A stretch of 64,000 nucleotides of DNA from the human T2T-CHM13v2.0 reference genome, Homo sapiens, in assembly GCF_009914755.1 (NCBI RefSeq), contig NC_060928.1; one strand, 5' to 3'. Shown here piece after piece: positions 48,740-61,455 of this stretch. Position 1 is the first letter of the stretch. Every line of letters begins with the position of its first letter. A program made the position numbers and the translations under genes. The notes beneath the pieces are model-generated. The model saw only the letters and a program-made list of their open reading frames with translations, did not search any database and was not told the origin of the DNA.

Positions 48740-49771
48740 CTTTGTGGTTTTATCTACCTTTGGTCTTTGATGATGGTGACGTACAGATGGGTTTTTGGTG
48801 TGAATGTCCTTTCTTTTTGTTAGTTTTCCTTCTAACAGACAGGACCCTCAGCTGCAGGTCTGTTGGAGTTTTCTAGAGGTCCACTCCAGACCCTGTTTGC
48901 CTGGGTATCATTAGCGGTGGCTGCAGAACATTGTATATTGGTGAACCTCAAATGCTGTTGCCTGATCATTCCTCTGGAAGTTTTGTCTCAGAGGAGTACC
49001 CGGCCGTGTGAGGTGTCAGTCTGCACCTACTGGTTGGTGCCTCCCAGTTAGGCTCCTCAGTGGTCAGGGAGCCACTTGAGGAGGCAGTCTGCCTGTTCTC
49101 AGATCTCAAGCTGCGTGCTGGGAGAACCACTACTCTCTTCAAAGCTGTCAGAGAGGGACATTTAAGTCTGCAGAGGTTACTGCTGTCTTTTTGTCTGTGC
49201 CCTGCCCCCAGAAGTGGAGCCTACAGACGCAGGCAGGCCTCCTTGAGCTGTGGTGGGCTCCACCCAGTTCCAGCTTCCCCGGCTGCTCTGTTTACCTAAT
49301 CAAACAACTAACTGGGCCATGGCAGGTGCCCTTTCCCCAGCCTGGCTGCCGCCTTGCAGTTTGATCTTGGACTGCTGTGCTAGCAATGAGTGAGACTCCG
49401 TGGGCGTAGGACCCTCCGAGCCAGGTGCGGGATATAATCTCCTGGTGTGCCGTTTTTTAAGCCCATTGGAAAAGCGCAGTATTAGGGTGGGAGTGACCCG
49501 ATTTTCCAGGTGCCGTCTATCACCCCTGTCTTTGACTAGGAAAGGGAATTCGCTGACCCCTTGCGCTTCCCAGGTGAGGTGATGCCTCGCCCTGCTTCGG
49601 CTTGCACATGGTGTGCCGCACCCACTTTCCTGCACCTACTGTCTGGCACTCCCCGGTGAGATGAACCCGGTACCTCAATTGGAAATGCAGAAATCACCCA
49701 TCTTCTGCGTCGCTCACACTGGGAGCTATAGACCGGAGCTGTTCCTATTTGACCATCTTGGCTCCTCCCCC
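48740..49771 (-). promoter_or_regulatory. L1PA4 5'UTR: internal sense promoter and antisense promoter
   Basis: most CpG-rich kilobase in the window; YY1-site variant aagatggtc near the 5' end; promoter function is established for the family, not shown for this copy. Confidence 0.75.
49319..49582 (+). pseudogene. ORF0: L1 antisense ORF0 with a premature stop at codon 25
   Basis: MAGALSPAWLPPCSLILDCCASNE*DSVGVGPSEPGAGYNLLVCRFLSP...; TGA at 49391-49393. Confidence 0.85.
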
Positions 49772-52700
49772 TTAATTTCTTCTTTGACTATTGATTGTTC
49801 AGGAGCATGTTGTTTAGTTTTTCTGTATCAGAATTTTCTGAAATTTCTCCTGTCATTGATTTCTAATTTCATATTATTGCAGCTGGAAAACATGCTTGAT
49901 ATGATTTCAGTCTTCTTAAATTTGTTGTCTCAATTTGTGGGCTAATATATTCTATTGTGGATAATGTTCCATGCATGCTTGAAAAAGAATATGTTGGTGT
50001 TGGATGGAAGGAATACGGCTACTGTTGGATGGGATATTCTGTATCTATCTGATAGGTTCATTTTATCTGTGGCGGTGTTCACATCCACTGTTTCCTCACT
50101 GATTTTCTGTCTGGATAATCTGCCCATTATTGGTAGTGGGGTACTGAAATCCTCTATGATTATTGTATTGCTGTCTATTTATCTCTTCAGTTCTCTTACC
50201 ATTTGCTTTATTTATTTAGGTGCTCTGATGTTGGCTTTACATGTATTTACAATTATTATGTCTTCTTTGTGAATTGACCCTATAATGACCTTCTTTGTTT
50301 CTATGACAGTTTTTGACTTGCATTCTATCTTATCTAATGTAAGTATAGACACTTCTGCTCTCTGGTAATACATTTGCATGAAATATCTTTTCCTTCTTTA
50401 ATTTTAATCTATATGTGTCTTTAAAGCAAAAGTGAGTTTCTTATAGGCAAGGTATGGTTGGTTGTTGTTATTTATCCATTCAGCTATTCTATGTGTTTTG
50501 ACTGGAGAATTTAATTCATTTATATTTGAATTTATTATTAATAGGTAACTTTAATTTTTTCCACTTTATAACTTCTTTGTTCTTTCTCTCTTGCTGACTT
50601 CCTTTGTGATGTGATGATTCTTTTTGTAGTGGTACGTTTTGATTCTGTTGTCTTTATCTTTTGTGAATACACTGCAGGATTTTTCTTTGTGGTTACCACA
50701 AGGCTTACAAAGAACCTCTTATAGTTATAACAGTCTATTGCTAGCTTATAACAAGGGAACTTCAACCACATACAAAAATCTTTATACTTTAATTTCTCCT
50801 CCCCTCATGTAGCATGTTATTGGCATCACAGTTTATGTCTTTAATATATTGTGTATCCATTAGCAAATTACTGTAGCTATACTTAATACTTTTGACTTTT
50901 AACATTTACACTAAAATCAAGTTATTTATATACTATCTTTATAATAATAGAGTCTTCTGAATTTGACTATATTCATAAATTCATAGTGAATTTTATACTT
51001 ACATATGTTTTCACATTGTTTGTTAGCATCATTTTGTTTCAACTTGAAGAACTTCCTTTAACATTTCTTGTGAGACTGGTCTAGTAAAAATTAACTCCCA
51101 TAGTTTTTGTTTGTGTGGGAAATTATATCTCTCCTTTGTTTCTGATGGACAGTCTTGCCAGGTATCTTATTCTTGGTCAGCAGTTTTTTTTATTTGAACA
51201 GTTTGAACATATCATCCTACTCTTTTTTAGCCTACAGTGGTTCTGCTGAGAAATCATCTGATCAGGTTTCCTTGAATGTGATGAGTTACTTCTCTCTTAC
51301 TGCTTTCCAAATTCTATCTTTGTCTTTGACTTTTGAGAATTTGATTATAATATGTCTCAGTGAAGATCTCTTTATATTTAATCTATTAGGTGTTGTTTGG
51401 GCTTCATGGATCTGAATGTTAATTTACCTTGACAAATTTGGGGTTTTCTATGTATTTATTTAAATGAGATTTCTGACCCCTTTTCTTTCTCTGCTTCTTC
51501 TTTGGTTTCCATAATGTGTATATTGGTTCCACTGATGATGATTCATAAGTCTCATAGGCTTTCTTCTCTCTTTTTTATTCTTTTCTCTTCTTTCTTTCTT
51601 TTTCCTCTAGGTAATTTTAAATGACCTGTCCTTGAGCTTGCTAATTATTTACTCTTCTTGACTGAGTCTGCGGTTGAATCTTTTTATAGAATTTTTCAGT
51701 TCAGGCATTGGAGTTTTCAGCTATAGAATATCTGGTTGGTCCTTCTTTATGATTTCTGTTCTTTGTTGACATTCTCATTTTGTTCATATGTTGTTTTCCT
51801 GGTATCATTTAATTGTCTATTTGTTCTCCTATAGCTCACTAGGTTCTTTAAGACTACTTTTTGAATTCTTTTTCAGACAACTTGTAGATTTCCACTTCTT
51901 TAGGGTTGGTGACTGTTTCTTCATTTTGTTCTTTTGATGGTGTCGCATTTCTGTGATTATTCATGATCCTTGTGGCTGTTCATTGGTGTGTGCACATTTG
52001 AAGAAGTAGTACCTCCTGTAGTCTTTACAGATTGGCTTTGGCAGGATAAACGTTTACTAGTCAGCTCATCCAGAGATACTGAGCAGGCCAACTGTTGGGG
52101 TCTGTGAAGGGCTTACAGCTGGAGTCTTCAAATGGGCTGGCATGGAGCCTAGGTCTGCAGAGGGATGCCTAGAGACTGTGTCCACAGGAGCCAACCAGAA
52201 AGCTAAGTTCATGGGTGCCAATCATATGAGTATCTTTTTTTAATACTCTATCTAACATTGTACATTATAATTTAAAGAATTATTTAAATAATAATTTAAA
52301 GAATTATTTAAAATATTTTATTTGCTTTTTCTATTATAAATAGAATTAAGCATCTTTTTCTACATTTCTATGCTGGGTTTCCTTTTCTAAAGAATGTTAG
52401 CCCTTACTTGTTGATTTATAGGAGCTTTTGATGTATTAAATAGTTAGTCTTTGTGATACACAGTGTTAATATTTTCCCCAGTTTGTTGTTGTTCTTTAAT
52501 AGTACTTATACTATTCACTGCCATACACACACGTATATATACACACACATGCATGTGTATACACACACACATTCTCTCTCTCACAGAGAGAGAGGGAGAG
52601 TGAGAAAGAGAAAAAGAGAGAGTAAGTGTATGGTTGAGTTTATAGAGTTGAAATTGTCTGGGTTCTGCATCATACTTTGGAAGGTCTTCCATACTCTGAG

Positions 52701-55700
52701 ATAATTAAAACAACTTGCTCTTAGTTTCTTTTAGTACTTTTGTATCGAAAGATAAAAAAGATAAAAAAGTTTCACTTGAATAGATATCTTTAAGCTAGAA
52801 ATTTATATATCTTTCTTAATTCTCTATGTTTTACAATATCTGTTTACTCTTTAAAAGAGTCAATTATTATGTTAACATATTTATCTCACTACCTTTCCTT
52901 TTCCACGCTCAATGTAGTTGATAATGTTAGGTTTCTTAATATATACATCAATGTTGTTAGATAAACGGAAACTTTTCCAATTACTCTTTGGATGATATAG
53001 TTTTTCAACTAGCTGTAAGAAAAAAGTAACTTCACATTTTAAAACTTTTCTAGCCTTTTCTCTTTATTTCAATGTCTATTTTATTAGCATTTTCAGAATG
53101 TATAAGACTTACAAAAAATTATACAACCGTAATCCCCACGTTTTAAATAGATTCAATGTTCACTTCTAATCATTTTGCTATAGATTTCCTATTCTTTCTC
53201 ATGTGACAAAATTATTACTCAATTTACTTTTTCAAGTTGAGATCATAGCAATATTCCTTGGTTTTGCTTGTTCAAACAAATGTATCTATTGAACAACAGT
53301 CTGGGTGAGTGAAAAAAAATTGTGTCATATTTTATGCCTAGGGTCTTTGTCACCATGTTTTCTACTGTCATCTAATGTTGACTATTGTGATACAGAAAAC
53401 TGAGGTCAGACTGATTTTTAGCCCCTTAAAAATGATTTGATATTTTTACCTAGCTATTCAAAAAATTTTTTCTTTATAAATACTCTAATGTAACTAGAAT
53501 ACATCTACATGTTAAATAGTTCTGAGTGTGTCTTTTGTATCCATAGATCCAATTCTTCCTTTATTTATGGAAAGTTTTCTTGAACTTATATTTTAATATC
53601 TTGTTTGTTCCCTTGATTTCCATATATATTATTTTACAGACCATTTAGCTCTTTCTAATTTGTCTTTATCTGGTGTGTTCATTTTTTTCTTCTACTCTTT
53701 TTCTGAACTTTATCACCTCATGATTCATCTATTTTTGTTGTCTTACCATCTGTTCTCTGATCTCTATATAGCCTCAGACCATATAAAAACTTGGCTTATA
53801 TTACTGTTTAAAAGAATGAAAAATATATATTGATAGACAACTAGCAGCTTCTGCCACACATAAAGCCTGACCTTCTTTTTCTCAACTTAAGTTATGTGTC
53901 ACGTAACTGGAGAACTGGGAACATGTGTTGTCCCAACCTTTCTTTTCTTTTATTGGTAAAACAATAAAGAGAGATGCTTGGGGCAGTAGGCATTTTTCTG
54001 TATTTTATTGGGGCAAGGCCTCAGAACCCCATTTCATTGGATTTTATATAATAACAAGAACCTAAGGTAGCTTATACATACTTGTTAAAGGTAATATAAA
54101 AGAAAAATATCCCTGTGGACTCACTGTGTTTTCAGCCTTTTATATCGTGTATACACAGTGGTGATTTAGAATTTGATTTTCAGTTAAGAAGTATGCAGTC
54201 TAGCTGCCAAGTCTGCATTAATTAATAACAAATTAATGTCTAATGGCAGTGTCCAATGAAATGTTTGCCTCTCCAAGCTCCATTTTGCTTTGCAATTGCA
54301 ATTACCTGCTGCTATATGTTTCTTCACACATAAAGGTGTCATTTATAGGTTTATATATAAATGTTTTTAAATATCAGGAGTTAAAATTAGGCTTTGTTTT
54401 CCCTAATGAGATAACAGATGTTCTAGGATGCTAATTACCCCAGGAACAGTATTATTTACTTAGACTTTCATAGGCTCATTGATTTTTTTTCTTTTTGGTT
54501 TTGTTCCAATGGGTAACATTTTTTTTTCTTTTATATGTATGCTTGGCTCAAGGGAAACATAATAACATTGTTGTCTAGCACCTACTGTTTTTAGCTCTTA
54601 GTGAAACCTGGCTATTAAAATGCTTGGTGTATATGTACTTATAGTGTTACCAGGCTGCTCATATGAAAATCTTGGCACTTCTCATATTAACAGTTCATCT
54701 GAATGGCTATGTTTTCCTTTGCTTTTCTCACTAGCTGGCATTTTTTTGGCTGTCTCTCTGACTCTCTTGCCCTCTTGATATGTATCTTATGGGTTATCTG
54801 TCAGTCTGATTGTAAATTACACATGGGGATGACATGTGTTTTGTATGGCATTTTGCTTTCTTGAATTGTTTCAGAATGTTTAGAAAGTTACCCAGTACAA
54901 ATGATTTTTGGCAAATTAGCATATAGTCTGCTCCTTTCTCATCAAGTATTTATGTGGTATCTTCCATTAGTATAGATCTGTGCTGCCATGTATTTAAATT
55001 GGGCAATTTCTTTTAACTTTAGGCATCTGCAAGGTCCTAAAATTTTAATGCAGATCACTCCTTGAACTGACCTCTCAAATCTATTTTGCTATATGTAAAA
55101 TACACAATTTCTTGCCAAGAAAGTTCTTCTAGCGGAGTGATATTTACAATCATGAAATATCTTACCTTACACCCAGAAGGTGAGTGAGAAGCACCCACCA
55201 AGATCCAGGAAAATTAGAATTCAGTTTGAGATTAAGACTTTAGCTTTCATTCACTTTTAATTAACTATTGTAAATTAATAGTTCAAAAGACATACTTTTA
55301 GGGCAGGTATAGCTCTTACTTGCTTCCTGAAATATTTCGGAAGCCTGATTTCTCCTCTCTAAAGTTAAGTTCTGAGTTTTGCAGATTGCCTCTGCAACCA
55401 GATTCTACTGAGTATGGAACCTTGTGAATCATATAATTTTATTTTCCCAGTAAATTTTTCTTTGATTTTTGTCATTGAAAAGTCTTTAGTTGTGTCCACA
55501 GCCACATTCTGCAGGAACACTCCCCCTTCAGAAGATATTGATTACTGTTTTTACAATTCCTCCTATGTAAATGACTTGACCTTATACTTGCAATTATGCA
55601 ACTGATGTTTTGCATGTAGTAATTAGCAGTCTCATTCAACTGAAGGATAAAAAATCTCACAAATTATTTAGTCCCCTTTCAATCAGTGAATGTTATATAT

Positions 55701-57380
55701 TGATGTACATAATATGCAATAGGGAAATAAAAAGATAACTTGTCTCAGTATTAAAAGTTTTGCTTCCAGAATTTATGAGCTCTATATACTTAATATTCCA
55801 TAGAATTCCTCAGTTCAGTAAATTTGTTCTGCCTCCAGTTATAACTAATATTCCTTAAATACTCTATTTTTAATTTCAGCCTGGAGGAAAATTAAGATCA
55901 TGATAATAACAAACATAGGATTCCTCTGGTTCAGCTTTCTCTCAATTTTCAGGAACTTACACATTTTCAAATATGTCCAAATCCTGGTGGCCATTTTCAG
56001 AAGATGTCTACTGTATATTGAATGAGTTGTTTTCTTTTGCTCCCAAATGGTAACTGTCAGTTTCTTCCACTCTTGCATTCCTCTTTGCTTCATCTCCTGC
56101 ATGTCATTCTTTCAGGTGCACAAATAAAACACTATTGTTCATTCTTGCATAAGCAAAAATATCACTTGTGATATCCAGCAGTGTTGGATTGGACCTCGGT
56201 TCCTAAGGTACTGCCATCTTTGATGAAACTACCACTACCAGTTCATTTAAGTTTTATTCTTTTCCATTGCTGCCTTTGCCCTATGTCTCAGACTTCAATG
56301 CATGGACCAAAAGACCTTTCCAGTAATAAACTCTTGAGATGCTTAGAATTATTGCCACCCTTTGATGCCTTTCTACTTTACTTAAAAAGAATATTCTCTT
56401 TTCCTGTGATTAATTCTTTCTCATTTCTCATTTTTTCCTTATCCTTCAAGTAAACATACCCACACCTTATTCATCCTCAAAGCCTAGCCAGACACTCCTG
56501 AATCTTTAGATGTATACATCTTCAGATCAGGTGGAGAACCCCATCTGTACTTAGTTATAAAGGAACACTTCAAATCACCATTGACTGTCAGCTATTTATT
56601 TCTGCTACCAAGACCAATATATGTTTTTTATTTCATAAAGATTTTTCATAGCGAGTATAAAAACTACTTTGTAATTAATGCCCTCCTAAATCACCAGTTC
56701 TTCTTCTGTTTCTGCATTCTGGGCTCAAAACTTTGTTGGGGAAAATGGAGAAAAATGAAGACTTTACCTGCCAAAAAGCATGGTGCCAAACCATTGATGT
56801 GTACCTGCCATAGTTACCCACTTTTTTTTAATCAGGAAAGACCTTATTAACACATTCATCCCCAACCTCTCCATTACCTGGTGATCTAGTTTGTGAATGA
56901 AGATGTTCAAAGGTGTTGATTGTTTTTTAGTTTTTGTTACAGGTCTCTCCTTTGTTGCACCTTACCAAGATTTCCAGACCAATGGCTTATTCTTATTGTC
57001 TCTTTTATTTATTGCTTAGTTTCTCCTCATTTCACTGAGAAGTGCCTTCAAATTCTGTTGAATTCCCTGAAATTCTATGAAATCTATAGATTTTTCTTAA
57101 CTTATTCTCCTGATATTTTTGCATCTGAAAGAAACCAAAGTACTTAGTTAACTGCTAGACTACAAGGTGAAGTGGCCTTCATTGCATATCCCAGAAAGAA
57201 TCCAGAGCAGGCAGTTTGATCGTACAAAGGATTTTAATTTTGCTTTAAATCTAATTTCTATTTTATTTTAAAAAAATCTTACCAGCGGAGTTTCTAGGAC
57301 CATATCTATTTTGTTTCTTTTCATAGGTACCAATAATATAGCCGTTTAAGACAAGAGCTCCGTAAAAATTTTGTTTTAAA

Positions 57381-57721
57381 CATAGCCAATTATTTACTCT
57401 ATAAGTGAACTAACACACATTATCAAAATTTCCCTACGCATTTCCTTTTAAATAGATTCCATAGGTTTATCTTGCCTTATTCTCCTTGATTTCCTGCATC
57501 ATTTGATATGATTGGCCTTCACTCTTCCTTCTTTAGATTCTGTAATATTGCATAGCCAATTATTTACTCTATAAATGAACTAACTCACATTATCAAAATT
57601 TCCCTACACGTTTCCTTTAAGTAGATTCTGTAGGTTTATCCTGCCTTATTCTCCTTGATTTCCTGCCTCATGTGATACGACTGACCTTCACTCTTCCTTC
57701 TTTAGACTCCATCGTATTGCA
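57381..57721. repeat. 170-bp tandem duplication (~89% identity by hand count); part of the unit is L2-like
   Basis: units begin 'catagccaattatttactctataa' at 57381 and 57551. Confidence 0.95.
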
Positions 57722-57944
57722 CTTTCCTTGTTTTTTTTTAACGCATCATCTCTCTTTATTGCCTTCTCATATTTCTTTCCTAACTTTGAGTATTTCCCAA
57801 AGCGTTAGTTTTTGTCTTTACATTTCTTCTCTTCAGATGTTTTCTTACAGTAAATTAATAATATAAGCTTCACTCACAAGATAATATCTGCAGTCTCAAC
57901 CTTATGGGTGTTCTAGTTGCAGAGTCCCCTGACACTTGAGTGTT

Positions 57945-58100
57945 CTGCTGTTGGTTTGAATTCAAAGTACCTAACCTCAAGTCATCATGTATCTTCTTGC
58001 TTTCCAGACATTAGTTATTTAAACTTTCTGTGTTTCAGCTTCCTAATCTGTAAAATGGAGACATTAATAGTACCTATCTCATAGACTTGTTGGGAATATT
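57945..58100 (+). mobile_element. MIR followed by (AC)n
   Basis: 'tttctgtgtttcagcttcctaatctgtaaaatggagacattaatagtacctatctcatag'. Confidence 0.85.
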
Positions 58101-58289
58101 ACACACACACACACAGACACACACACACTCAGTGCTAGCCATCACTATTACGCCTTGACACTACATTGCTAATTAAATTAGGCTGTACTTATCCTCACCC
58201 TCTGAAAATGCGGTGGAAATAACACAATTTGGAATTATTATCAGTCCAGATCCATCAGCCTTGTGACCCATTGCAAGTCTGAATTTCTC

Positions 58290-58510
58290 CATGAAATCTC
58301 TCCTGACAAATTCAAGGCCAAATAATTTCTCTTTTTTAATGCCAGTTTTTGCACTAGTCATATACAGTAATTTGATATGTATTTTTCTCCAAACCAAACT
58401 GTAGGCTCTTAGTGGTATGAATTTGCACTCCTGCTGTCTTACCCTCAGTGCTTTGCTATCTATAGACATGACAAGCACTTAGTAGATAATTTTTCAAAGG
58501 AAGGAATGAA
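58290..58510 (+). mobile_element. L2 3' end
   Basis: 'aaactgtaggctctt...accctcagtgctttgc...gcacttagtagataatttttcaaaggaaggaatgaa'. Confidence 0.6.
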
Positions 58511-59045
58511 CATATATTCTTAGAATGTCCCCCAAAGTGTCGCATTCATGGATATATAATCATTTTCCTGCATAGTTAGATGTGTAAGCAATATTAAATC
58601 TAGAGCCAAGTGCAACTGAAAAAATTAATTAAATACATGTGTGGCACAGATAGCCAGTGTTACCTAGAAGTGCATGCATTTTTCATTTACTCTCATGGGT
58701 GTAATTGTGAACTGATGCATACTCATAAGGTGTCTGAAACTGGGATAGGTTGCCCTGGATCATCTCCCTGGGTAGCGTAGCTATAACTAAAATCATAGTT
58801 CAGATCCTCTAACAAAAAAGCTGACATGAGCCAAGGTTGTTAATAGTCCAAAGATCTTTTGCATCAAATTTTTGGTCTCTATAATCCCAAATTTTGACAA
58901 CAAATAAAGGGTGTAGTGGAGATCATGAAGAATAGGTGTTTTAGGTTAATTGATATATCTTTAGGTATTCATTCAACTACACTGATTTTCGAACATATAT
59001 TTACCTTCTAAGTATTCTTCAATAATAGATTACAACATCTAAATG

Positions 59046-59373
59046 TATGTTGCCAATAGCCATACATTGTAACCACTAGCCGCATGGGGCTAACTGAGCA
59101 CTTGAAATGTGTCTACATAGTCCAAATTTAGACATGTTGTATATTGGTAAAAGATACTTGATTTCAAAAACTTTCTACAAAATAAGAATGTAAAATTTCT
59201 CATTAATATTTTCAATACATAATGATGTTGAAATAAAAATATTTTGAATCTATTAGATTAAATAAAATGTATTATTAAAATTAATTTCACTTTTTTTTAC
59301 TCTTATTGATGCAGCTACTAGATAATTTTAAATTACATATTTGGCTCACATCAGTATTCCTGTTGTACAGGCT
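59046..59373 (-). mobile_element. MER33-like hAT-Charlie element (opposite orientation to the 20383 copy)
   Basis: 'gtaaccactagccgcatggggctaactgagcacttgaaatgtg...ttattaaaattaatttcac...aattacatatttggctcaca'. Confidence 0.85.
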
Positions 59374-61455
59374 AAATTAAATCAAAGACATATTTGAGGT
59401 TTTTCTTTTTAAAAGGAACATGTATTAACACAGGAGATAATTGCTCAGAACTAAGCCTGTGGTTTGCATTCCTGTTCCTAGGCTTTATTCAGAATCTACA
59501 TTCTCTTTGCCTTGTCTCCTGAGCAGAAGCTTCTGCTGTGCCACAAACCATCTCAGTCATACCACATTCTCGTCCCAGTCTGTATCCTTAGTAATCAGCA
59601 CCAGGGCAGGCCAGGAATATGGCAAAGCCTTGTAATAACTTGTCTCATCTCCACCTCCATCTTACCTATCATGGTGGTCTTGTATGTTCATGACTGTACG
59701 TCAGCCCTGATTTAAGAACTGCTGTGATGACTTAGCTAGAGAAATCATTTTGTGCTAGTCTTCTAATACTTTATTTAGATCCAAATACCACATTTAATGA
59801 TACTTATTAGACTTGTACATGTTATATGATACAACTTTCTCTGAGTAAGATTCTACCTGACTTACTGGTTTTAGTTCAGCTGTTCCAATGAATTTAGAGA
59901 CAAGCCTTTTGCAATTTAATATTCTTCTTGCTTAACACCTTTGGCATCACTTGAAAAACTAAAGGGATGCATTCTTCCACTGACATGTGACTTCTCCAAA
60001 AATGTCCAATGGTTATGGGAAGAGAGATTCTAGGACTGATAGAAACTTATTTTAAACCTAAAGGAAACCCTATTCCTGTCCATTGTAATAACACAGGACT
60101 GTATATTCTTGCCTTTTTTCCTTTCCTCTCTAATAGTAACATCAACTTTCCTTTTGTGTGTGTGGATGTGTGTGGATGCCCACAATATGTTGGGCACCTT
60201 ATCAGGCTGGATCAGTGAGAATGAAGAGTCTCCAGAAGCTTGTTTCAGTTTACACTTAACTAGCAGAGTATACTATCATGGGTAGATACGGGATATCCTC
60301 TGCCCATTTACTCTTTACTACTGAACACCCTGTTCTTCAAATAAAACTTCCAAGATAAATAATTCTCTTAAGGAGATGCTAGTGAGCAAAACATACTGGA
60401 GAATTAAAGACAAGAACCTAATACTCTTGGTTTACTTCTTTAAGCATTAACTTAGTCACTGACATAATCTCATGGTGCTAACTTTCAGAATCTTATTACC
60501 ACTGTTTACAGAGGCCTTCTGTTATTTTACATGGGCATGGAGCTGACGAATGGAGGTAGAATACATTTTACATAGTTGCTGCTAATATTTATCTAAAGAA
60601 ATGAACATCTCTTTTATGATACAGTAGTGTGCATTTCTATTCTTGTTTCTTATTCCCCAAATTGTCCTAAGATTGCCCAAAAGAAGAGAATGTAGCCCAT
60701 GAAATTGAGAATCAGATATGACCACTATTTCTTTAATCACACTCTTAGATATAACTTATTTCTCACTCAGCAGCTTTGATACAGATTGAGTACTAATAGT
60801 TCAGTGTTATTATCTACTTCAGTAAATTTTTTGTATTATTAACTATTTCAGTAAATTTTAGAATCTCAGTGCATTTTTTTAGCCTATGTTCATGTAGAAA
60901 GTGTTATCCTGAGTATTACATTTATAAAAAAATCATTCAGGGGCTATAGAAGCAAAGGCACCCGATCTAAATCTCAGGCAAAGAAAAGAAGAATAGGATT
61001 TGGATCTCTTTGTACCCTGTCCAGTGTTCGGTAAGCCTAAATAGATAACAAATTCTCAGAGTTAGCTCCAAGATGTTTACATTTGGGAAAAAATAATTGC
61101 TGAATGTCCTTTGAATCAATGAAGAATCAATAACATTAAAAAGACTCTGTAATTTCTTTTTGTTTTCCTTCTTTGCACAAAATAGTTCTTTATTTAAAAA
61201 CAAGTCATATTAAATATGTGTGTCTATTTATTGGAGGGAATAATTGGTAAAAAAAAAAAAGGAGGGGAGAAGTTTGCCTTTTTTTCATTAAGTAGTCCTA
61301 AAATTATGAAAGATTTTCTAAGATTCAGCTTCTAGTACAGTTTTGTAACAGCTTCAAGGCAAAAGGTAAGACTAGGCTAATATGCCATGATGGGAGTTTG
61401 AAAGAAGTGAGAAATATTGTTCAGTCCTTTAATAAATAATACAATGGCAAATTCC

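Noticed and set aside
52267-52312. 24-bp AT-rich tandem duplication (similar small ones at ~37352-37381 and ~60818-60859)
   Set aside because: Ordinary slippage events with no further signal.
60941-61030. Plus-strand 90-nt open segment GYRSKGTRSKSQAKKRRIG ending at cg|gtaagc
   Set aside because: The acceptor lacks a pyrimidine tract; the region is better explained by the minus-strand LRR remnant.
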